DNA of 64,000 nt from Marsupella aquatica (Eukaryota; Plantae; Marchantiophyta): positions 12,244,834-12,308,833 of the forward strand of contig OZ316899.1 in the NCBI GenBank assembly GCA_973895155.1. The letters run 5' to 3'. Positions 1 through 9,300 of the stretch are shown piece by piece. Both the position numbers and the translations under genes were made by a program. Every line of letters starts with the position of its first letter. The first letter of the stretch is position 1. Under the pieces are notes generated by a model. The model was not told where the DNA came from, did no database searches, and saw only the letters and a program-made list of their open reading frames with translations.

Positions 1-1
1 T

Positions 2-2205
2 TTGTACATCTTGCAAGGAGATGTCATTGCTCCTCCAGTGGGGCATGTAGATTCTATGGTGGAATGTTTGGATGCAGCGGCGACATCTGCCATAGAGTCA
101 TCTTTGGTTGCTTCAATTGAAGCACCCTCAACATCTGGTCGCACACAAGCCATAGATTTGTGGCATGCACGGTTGGGGCATTTGAGTGGTAAAGGATTGG
201 TAGCCTTGGCAAACAGAGATTTGTTACAAGGCGCTCAATCTGGTAAACTCTCTTTCTGTGAAGATTGCATCTATGGCAAGTAGAGGAGAGTGAGTTTTAG
301 TTCTAGTTCATACCATTCTCATGAGATTCTTGAGTATGTACATTTGGATGTTTGGGGTCCAGCGCCAGAGCCGTCGTTGGGTGGAGCCAAATATTTTGTG
401 ACGTTTGTTGATGATTACTCTCAAATGTGTTGGCTGTACTACATGAAGGAGAAGTCTCAAGTATTTGAGATCTTCAAGGAGTGGAAAGCCATGGTGGAGC
501 TACAAACTGGGAAGGAGTTGAAGTATGTTTGGTCAGATAACGGTGGCGAGTATAAGTCCAATGAGTTTGACCAATTTGGTCGGGACCTTGGCCTCAGGCA
601 TCATTACACTGTATCGGAGACCCCGCAACAAAATGGAGTTGCAGAAAGGTTGAACCAGACATTATTGGAGAAAGCACGCAGCATGCTATGTAAGTCCAAG
701 TTGTCCAACAAGTTTTGGGCTGAAGTTGTCAACCAAGCTACATACGTCTACAATCTGTCACCACACAGTAGTAAGTTGATGCAGACTCCATTTGAGTTGT
801 GGTATAAGAGACCTGCTGATTACTCTAGACTCCAAGTTTTTGGGTGTGCTACCTATCTTCACATTGAGCAGACACACAGGTCTAAATTGGATCCCAAGTC
901 TAAGAAATGTATAAGTAGGATCCCAAGTCTAAGTTGGATCCCAAGGCTATAAATTATGGGATCCTATCCATTGCAAGGTAGTTGTGAGCATAAATGTTGT
1001 TTTTGACAAAGAATGATTGTCAAGACCTCGGGATAATCAGGAGGAGCAGGTGGAGGAACCCACTATGGTGGAGCTTGACGGTGCTAAGGAAGTTGCTAGA
1101 ACCTCTAGTAGGGGTGCAGTTCCTCAATTAAGGCATTCCACAAGGGCCAATCTTGGCCAACCCCCTAATAGATTTGGTTTTGCAGATCCTCGTGTTCACA
1201 TAGTTGAACTCGACGATGATCCCGATGTTATATTGCTCACTGAAGATGGAGACCCTTCTAGCTATGAAGAAGCTATGGTCTCTCCAGAAAAGGATAAGTG
1301 GATGGAGGCAATGTTGAAGGAGATGAATTCTTTGAAGAAGAATTCAACTTGGCGCTTAACTAACATGCCTCGTGGGAAGACACTGGTTCCTTGTAGATGG
1401 TTGTACAAGAAGAAGCAGGATGGCACTTACAAGGCACGCCTTGTGGCCAAAGGGTACACCCAAAAGGAGGACTTGGACTACACGGAGATTTTCTCACCAG
1501 TTGTCAAACTTGCTACTATCCGTGTTTCACTTGCGATTGTGGCATTCCATGATCTGGAATTAGATCAAATGGATGTAATTATTGCTTTCTTGCATGGATT
1601 GCTTGATGTGGAGATTTATATGGCTCAGCCTCCAGGTTTCATTGACGAGAAGACTAGACACTTGGTCTGTCAGCTCTTGCGCTCGTTATATGGATTGAAG
1701 CAGAGTCCCAGACAATGGAATAAGCATTTTGATTCCTTCATGCTGTCTCAAGGGTTCATGCGGAGTGAACATGACTGTTGTATTTACATGAAGGAGGTGG
1801 AGAATTACTCACGCTTTGGTTACATTGTGCTGACACTATACGTGGATGACATCCTAATCCTGGTTGAGAATAAGTCTGATGTTGCCCATCTCAAAGCAAT
1901 GTTGAGTAAGGAGTTTTCAATGAAGGACTTGGGTTAGACCAAGAAGATCCTAGGGATGGAGATTCATTGTGATAGGGAGCAGAGGCAATTATGGTTGTCT
2001 CAGAGGCAGTATTTGGAGAAGGTACTTGCCAAGTATGGGATGGAGAATGCAAAACCAGTTGGTACTCCATTGGCTTCCCACTTTAAACTCTCAAAGAATG
2101 ATTGCCCTTCTAGTGAGAGTGATAGATTGGCGATGAAACATGTTTCCTATGATAGTGTCGTGGGTAGTTTATGTATGCAATGACATGCACTAGACTTGAC
2201 ATTGC
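2..2205 (+). pseudogene. pol: Copia pol, integrase and reverse transcriptase part (stops/frameshifts)
   Basis: WHARLGH..CEDC zinc motif, HLDVWGP, FVDDYS, SDNGGEY, TPQQNGVAER, KARLVAKGYTQ, QMDV..AFLHG, LYGLKQSPRQW, LYVDDIL. Confidence 0.95.
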
Positions 2206-2564
2206 TGTGACGCCGCCGGTACGGCGAGTAATGAGTAATTTGGTCTAAACCGTGCTTAGCACGCGCGTTAGGGGTATCTTAGGCCGCTATGATTAGCATA
2301 ACAACAGTATTTAGGTAGCCATTATGAGTAGGAAATCATTAGTCAATAAGAGGAATTCATGTTCGGGCTGGCGGCGCGTCGCCATTCGCATGCCCGAGTT
2401 ATGAGCGTGGAGGGGCCCCTCCCTCGGGTCCGTATAACAAACTTCGGGAGGCGTCCACTGACACGCGGTGACTCAGACCGGCGGAGTGGCCGGTACACTA
2501 CAAGCGTGAACGGTTCAGCCTATAGGCAACGAGGAGATGTCGGGGGATCGACAAGCCCTCAAGG

Positions 2565-2572
2565 TATAAAAA
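2565..2572 (+). promoter_or_regulatory. Candidate LTR TATA box
   Basis: GGTATAAAAAGGG. Conserved in all four family A LTRs (12609-12616; minus strand 47803-47809 and 59974-59980) and followed by a pyrimidine-rich leader. Confidence 0.7.
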
Positions 2573-2672
2573 GGGAGCCGACCCTTTGTAGTGCAATAGT
2601 CCATCAGTCCACGCGCCAGCTTCGACCCCAGTTCTCTCGTTCGCTCTTAGTCGCCACTACTATCTCCTCTGA

Positions 2673-5308
2673 ATGTCACACACGATCCTCTCCAGTTTGG
2701 CCATTCAATTCTGGACGCAGTTCCTATCTACCGGAAGACACTTGGCCGACTCATTGAAACACGCCAACCCACACCGATACAAAATCAAACGCGAGTACGA
2801 GAGAGCCATCCGCCTAGCAGGACGACACCACTACATCCTTAACTTTGACTACCCGTCTCAGAGCAAGCTTTACCGACCAGCAGAGGTTTCTGGGTACTTC
2901 TTCAACGGAGACAAATATATCGGTTTCTAGGAAGCATTGCTTCGGCTTCCGGACGAGAACTTCAATATCCCGGGTACGATCGACTTGCAACGACATCACT
3001 TCGACCACATCCCTGCTCAGGTTCGGGCTATCATCAACAGCGAGTCCAGCACTACCCGTTCGACAAGGTCGTCTGCACTTGCTTCGGAGAACTTCTACCA
3101 GCACCTGCAGAGCTTCATGGGAACTAGACCCGCAACCGCCGGCGCCGGCCTAGTCGACCCCATACCCGTACCCACACCAACGCAGACTCAGACTCAGGCT
3201 CAGGCTCAGCTTCAGTCTCAGTCTCAGCCTAGCCAACCCCCAACGCCGATCGCCCCGCCAGCAGTACAAGTACGCTCCATCATCAACGCTATGGACCTTA
3301 GCGACAACGACGAGGCTACCCCACTCTTGCTCGGGCGGCCCAGAGGAGCAAACACTCAGGGGGCCGACACTACATCATCCCCTCCCCATGCTCGGACCCA
3401 AGGAGCGGCTCCAACAGACAACACGGTGACCGTGGCCGCCCCGGGCCCAATACTAACGGCGGTAGCACTACCTATGCCCGATAGAGAGGATGGGGAGGTG
3501 TCACCCTCCCCGAGCCAGTCACGGGGGAAGAAGAGGAAGGAACCTGTCTCTGCATCCGGGTTACCATTGGCCAAGGTGACAATGCACCGCATGGGGGAAA
3601 ACATGCATAAGAACATCCTCCATCCCAAGCATGCGGTGTACCTGAAGACTCAGGGATTCGAGCACCTCGCCTCTCTCCCCTGGAGGACATGACGGAATTC
3701 GTCAAGAATTATGATGACGCACGTCAACATACTCGGCTGCGGGGAAGGAATATGTCCCTCATGAAAGAACGGCTCAAGATGATCTTCGGATTACCCGAAG
3801 GTGACCATCAAGTCGAATCACGGGCTCCCGGGGGCAAGGGAGCCAAGTACCAATCCTCGAGTTTTCCCTTAAAGGGAGCAGTGGACAACGGGTTCGTGAT
3901 GAGGACCTGCCTCATCCCCGAGATAGCCAAGCGGCTGGAGTTCCAAAGGTACGCCCTCCACATGATGGAACCCCGGGGGAAGATCTCCGTCGCCCAGGTT
4001 ATCCAGGTCGAGAACTATCGACCTAGGAAGTGGGCGTCGTACTTCACTAAGAAATTCCATGAAGAGATGGAGCGGTGAAGGAAGACGCTGTACATTAGCG
4101 GGAAGGCGTATTTCGCTAGCCACATCAAGATCATTCTTGAGTGGTACGCTCGGTTTGATCGACGAACCCTTCCCTGTGTCAACGTTACAAAGCTGGTCCC
4201 AGCTAGGTGGGTTTTCTCGGCCTTGGAGAGATGGCCCCAACCCAAGGCCCGAAGTCCAGCGGACACGCAAGCTTCATCCACCCCACCTCCACAAGTAGCT
4301 GTAGTCGTAACCGAGGAGGTACCGGATGGGTCGGTTATCGCAACCGTAGATGCGATCCAACAGGCCGGGCTAAGTATAGAAGTCAGTACAGCGGAGGCCT
4401 TACTCGAGCCCGGGTCTCCCAATGACCCACCGGTGGCTATTCCGGAGCGCCGGACATTGCTGCAGGAGGACACTCCAGCCCCTTCCAACATTACGTCCCC
4501 AGGGCTGGATGTCACTGCCCCGGCCCCCGCACGTGTTGACGTCTGCCCGTGCCCAACTCCGGACAGGCACAACCTGGACCACCATGAACTCTTCATACCG
4601 GGTACATTTCTGAACGGGCATCTGGGAGATTTCTCTCATCAAATTGCCCGGGATACCGGGGAGTTCATGGCCCGGAAGGTAGCCTATTTCTTCAATCAGG
4701 AGTTAGTTGCCGCAGTAAAGGCAGGTCGGGCCCAGTCAGAGGCCCTTCAGAGGATAGAGCGGTACCGGGTGGAGTCCGTATACTTAAAGAATGAAGTTGC
4801 AGCTCAAGAGGCTGAGCTTCTGCAACTATGACCCAAAGTTGTAGCCACCGATGAGTTGTTAGCAAAGGCGCACACCCTTACCGCCCTAGCCAAGCAGGCC
4901 AAAGCTGGGAACGAGGCCGAGATTGCACGACTCCGGAACCAGATTGACAGTTTGAAGAATCAAACTGTCATCTGGCAGAAAGACCTGGAGGAGGCCGAAG
5001 AACGGGCCCAGCGAGACACTGCGGAGAAAGCCACGCTACAAGCCGAAGTGGCACGGCTCCAAACCGAAGCCGAGAACCAGGACTAGCTGGCGGGCAAGCT
5101 GACGAGCGACGCCCAACAGCTGGAGGAGGCATGCCAGGAGGCAGCGGAGGAGACAGACGCGGCGAAGCGAGAGAATGAATCTCTGCTGGACCAGGTCCAG
5201 CTCCTCAAGGCAGACAACAAAAACTTTGTAAGCAACGGGATGGCCGCTCCCACTCGGGCGGCTCTGGCAAGCGTGCTAGGCATTAGCGGCAGAGTAGGAA
5301 TAGAATAG
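2673..5308 (+). pseudogene. LTR-encoded accessory protein (family A), disrupted copy
   Basis: ORF pieces 2673-2930, 2937-3692, 3689-4078, 4223-4831 and 4856-5086 are collinear. Lesions differ from those in the 3' LTR copy (e.g. TAG at 2928 is TGG there; a 23-bp deletion near 3685 is intact there). Confidence 0.85.
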
Positions 5309-6193
5309 GGTTAGGAATAGCTAAGTCAGGCAATTGGGACAGGCACCTGCCTTAGTTACAAAAGCACTGCCATGCTGTCCAGCCTGCGTAGATTAGGATC
5401 TTCTAATAAGACAGCCGTTTTTCGGCCTGACAGTCAGATTAGTTAGGACCTAAGTCAGCAAATCTTTGGCCGGGAGGACACTCCGTTCTTCGGCCCTTAG
5501 TATTTAGTGCACCCCTTGGTAGAGGCAGGGGGTTTTTAGTCTCAGAGTTGGACATCCGTGGTATGTGCGGGGAGTCCCGACCTCTGGGAGTGAAAGAGTA
5601 CCAAGGGGAGGGGGTAGGACTAAGCTCGCCGGGCGAGTGCGGAGCCGGGCTCCATTGTAGTGTACTCCCTCGGCCTTGAACCTGTTCATTCCGGAGCTGT
5701 CGGGTCAACCAAGTGTACGCATATGTCCCCTATGTAGTAAAATCCTTTCCCATTATTTCCTTCGTGTAAATCGAGATTGTATGCTTGTGCGCGTGTATGT
5801 GTGTGTAAATCTCGTGTATAGGTGACAACGCCAGGCCGAACGCACTACCCGAGTCGTGCATGGGGTGCAGCTTGCGGATATGTGGTTGCGAGCACGGGTT
5901 GAGGACCTGTATCATTGAATCCGGATTGAAGGCGGACAACACGAAGGCTTAGAAGTCCTTAAGCCGGGGTCGATCCTGTTATCGACTAAGGTACGTTCCG
6001 GCGGCGGAACACAAACCATACCTTGGAGATGTCCGTATCTAACAGTAGGCGCACTTAGCGCTAGTTTACGTGAATTAGGTGCATTACGTTCTTCCCTCCC
6101 TGCCCGAATCCTCATATTTACGAAGGATGTGCCCGTTTAAAGCTGAAGCTCGAGTTAAGGCCAAGGCTGATGACGTGACATAGCCTTTGTTTT

Positions 6194-6211
6194 TGGCGCT
6201 AGATGGAGGGG
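6194..6211 (+). promoter_or_regulatory. Primer-binding site, tRNA-Asn type
   Basis: TGGCGCTAGATGGAGGGG is 17/18 complementary to the plant cytosolic tRNA-Asn(GUU) 3' end as I recall it (CCCCUCCUUCUAGCGCCA). Identical in copy A2. Confidence 0.8.
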
Positions 6212-6304
6212 GCACTCTACATATCGTAGAGGGGAGACATGTGCGTATTTGCCTGGGCAGAATACACCAGGCCCTAGTACTAACCGTCGCATTTACACGA
6301 GTAA

Positions 6305-9300
6305 ATGCCCGTCACTCGTTCTCAAGCAGCTTACTTGAGGAGATTGACCAGCGAACGAGAAGGTGCGACCACAACAAGCTCCGATTCTTCGGGCTCAGAG
6401 GACTCGCAATCGCCCCAACAAATGAACATTCCACCGGGACCTTCGGGGTCCGGTTCGACCGGTCCTACTGCGGTTCCTGTGCCACCACCGCCACCACCTA
6501 TGGCAGCCGCCCCACCGATGGCCCGCGCTGCCCAAGCTCCTCCATAAATATCGCAACGATCGCGGTTTCATTATCGACCTTTCAAAGGGCATCATGGGGA
6601 TGATCCGGATGAATAGTTGGATGAGTTTGAAGCCACTGCTAAGGCTAACGGGAAGACGCCATTAAGTTAACCGTCCTCCCCGGAGTGATGCAGGGAGAAG
6701 CTCGTCCATGGTACAACTCGCTGCCACCCGGGACTACATGGGCACAATTCCAAGCTGCGTTGCTGCAAGAATTTTGTGCTATTGGATCCGAGCAGCGCTC
6801 GCTATTAAAGATCAGCCAGCTTTGCATGGGAAAAAAGGAGTCCCTGCAAAAGTTCATTCAGAAGTTTCAGAAACTTGCTGCCAAAATACGGCCCAGGCCT
6901 GGTGACGCACTCCAACTTACATGGTTCCTCCATGGTTTGCCCACGAATATGCAATTCTGGGTGCGCCAGAATAATCCAATTTCAATGCAAGCAGCCATAG
7001 CGTGCGTCAAAACCTACCGGGAGTCCACCTATAACTCCCGGCGAAGACAGCGGGCACGCCGCAAGAAGGGCAAGTACGAGACCTTCAGTGACAGTGACTC
7101 CGAATTAGACAATGAGAAGAAGAAGAAACGCAAGAAGAAGAAGAAACATTGTTTGACCTTGTCCAGTTCGGAGACTGAATCTAGTTTGGATTCAACTTTG
7201 AACAGCGGGTCCTCCACCTCCAGCTCATCAGGAAGTGATTCGGAGAGTGAGAGCCAGAGCAAGAAGAAGAAAAGGCGGGTTAAGGAGGGGAAAATCAAAT
7301 CTCGTATTCGCAGAACGATACCCGATCCAAAGGCTGCCAAAGCAGACAAGCTTAACAAAATCACGGATCGCCTCAAAGCACTATCAGTACATCTCGCGGA
7401 AAAGCCGGTGGAGAAGAAGAAGCCATCTGAGATTTGAGCCCATGCGTGGTGTTCAAAGTGCTTCCAATCCGGGCATGTCGTGCAAGACTGCCCAAGATGG
7501 AAGAACCGAGTTCACCAGGTGGACTTAGATGATGTCGACAACCCGGGTCCTGAAGTGGAGTCCACGGAGTATTTCTTTGAAGACCCTCCTGATTCGGTGT
7601 ATCAGATTTCAATGGTGGGTCCACGTAACTTAGCAGGTAGAACTGCATACCCCTACCCAAACAATGGCCGAGGCTTCCAAGTTATCAGTAACCCTAGCAT
7701 TCCTCCTAAACCAGGGATTTGGCGATCCCCGGTTTGTTACAACTGTGAGAAACCAGGCCATTTTGCGAGGGAATGCACAGAACCAAGACGCCAGGGGGAT
7801 GGCCGTGGCACGCCACTTTGTCAAGTCTGCAAAATGGAAACTCATTCCACGGCCAACTGTCCATTGGTAATGGCCGCTTGAACAAATGCAGCAAGACCAG
7901 CCCAGGGCGGACCGGCCACGAGTGATGCGGTCGTCCAAATGATTGCGGTGGAATGGCAAGATGACAACACCGAGTGGGTGAATCTGGTGGACGTGGCGGA
8001 ACACCCTAATCCATCTGACAAGGCTGAGTGCTATCGTGTGTCAACAAGAGCCGAACGGAAGGAAGAGAAGTAGGAGGAGAAACACAGGAAAAAGCAAGAT
8101 ACTACTCCGGTGCAGCCAGCGATAGATATACCCCCAGAGAAGGATGATGACTACCGACGGGACGACCCGAAGCTATTTTTCCCCCGCATTGAAGAATTGG
8201 TAAAGAAACAACTGGAGGCCTACAAAGCTCGGGAATACCAGAAGGCAATCGATAAGGACATCAAAGCAACCGAGACCGCCCGACGACAGGAGCAAGAAAA
8301 GCAAGATAAGCAAGAGGAAGCCAAGCAATAGCCGAAGGAAGAAAAGAAGGAGGACTATGATATTAAGGAAGACGTGAAGAGTTGCCCGGTTATAGCAACG
8401 GTAGGACAACTGCTGCAAAACAATCCATAGTACAGACGGCAACTGAGGGAGTTGCTTATGGTCGACGACGGAGACGACTACCCCGAGTTCGGATCGCGGA
8501 TTGCAACATGATATGCGAGGACCTGGGAGCGCCGGACATCTTGATTGAAATTAATAATTGTACCATCAAGATGGTTCTTGTAGACGGAGGAGCGGGAGTC
8601 AACATCATGACTGAAGAAACGTCAATCAAGTTAGGATACCTCACGTATCAACCCACAGCCCGAGCTATCAGATTAGCAAACGGGGCAAGGGTAATTCCAT
8701 TGGGCACGCTTACACGGGTACTCACTCTGGTAGGAGGGGTGGAGTTCTATCTCAACTTCCTAGTCATGAGGCCGGTTCGGCCCTCCTCTTATCCGGTCCT
8801 CCTAGGCAGGCCGTGGCTGTACGATGGCCGTGTGGTCACGGATTGGGGAAAGAAGGAGCTACGGTTCGGGACACCCACAGTACGGGTATCATGGGCAATG
8901 GATGATTATCAGGGCGAAACCCCACAGGGACCTGAGGAATATGATTCGGAGACCTCGGAGGAAGGGGAACTCAACATGATTGAACTCATCTCATCCCTGT
9001 CCGAGGAAGATGTCTTCGGAGTTGAGGCAACCCGCGAAACACATCTCCTGAATTACCCAAAGGCTGCTATTGAGCCCACCCCGAGCACCTCTACTGTCCG
9101 AGATGAGGAAACGCAAAAACGACTCATCGATACGGAGGACACGGCTCCAGCTAAGTAGGGAGCCGATGCTACTTCTACCAGTGCAGAGCCTCGTGACCAC
9201 GAACCAGCCAAACAACCGCCCGAGGCCGAAAACCCGAGACCGAGACATAAGAAACGAGTCTCCTGGGACCCGTCCATCCCGCAGTTGGAGGAAGTAACTC

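Larger units (their letters stand above)
2206..6180 (+). repeat. 5' LTR of A1 (3975 bp)
   Basis: TGTGACGCC...GACGTGACA; direct repeat of 12250-16257. Confidence 0.97.

Noticed and set aside
2359-2757. 132-aa ORF at the LTR start (also 12403-12801)
   Set aside because: Spans the TATA box, is not preserved as an equivalent ORF in A2, and has no protein-like features
4015-4596. Antisense ORFs over the LTR gene and gag-pol
   Set aside because: Shadow frames of GC-rich coding sequence; not conserved between families
2673-5308. LTR ORF as an envelope (env-like) gene
   Set aside because: No clear signal peptide or transmembrane helix; basic NLS-like motif and coiled coil instead; located inside the LTR
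6166-6172. CTGATGA as a hammerhead ribozyme core
   Set aside because: No matching GAAA core or stems, and the motif is not conserved in A2 LTRs
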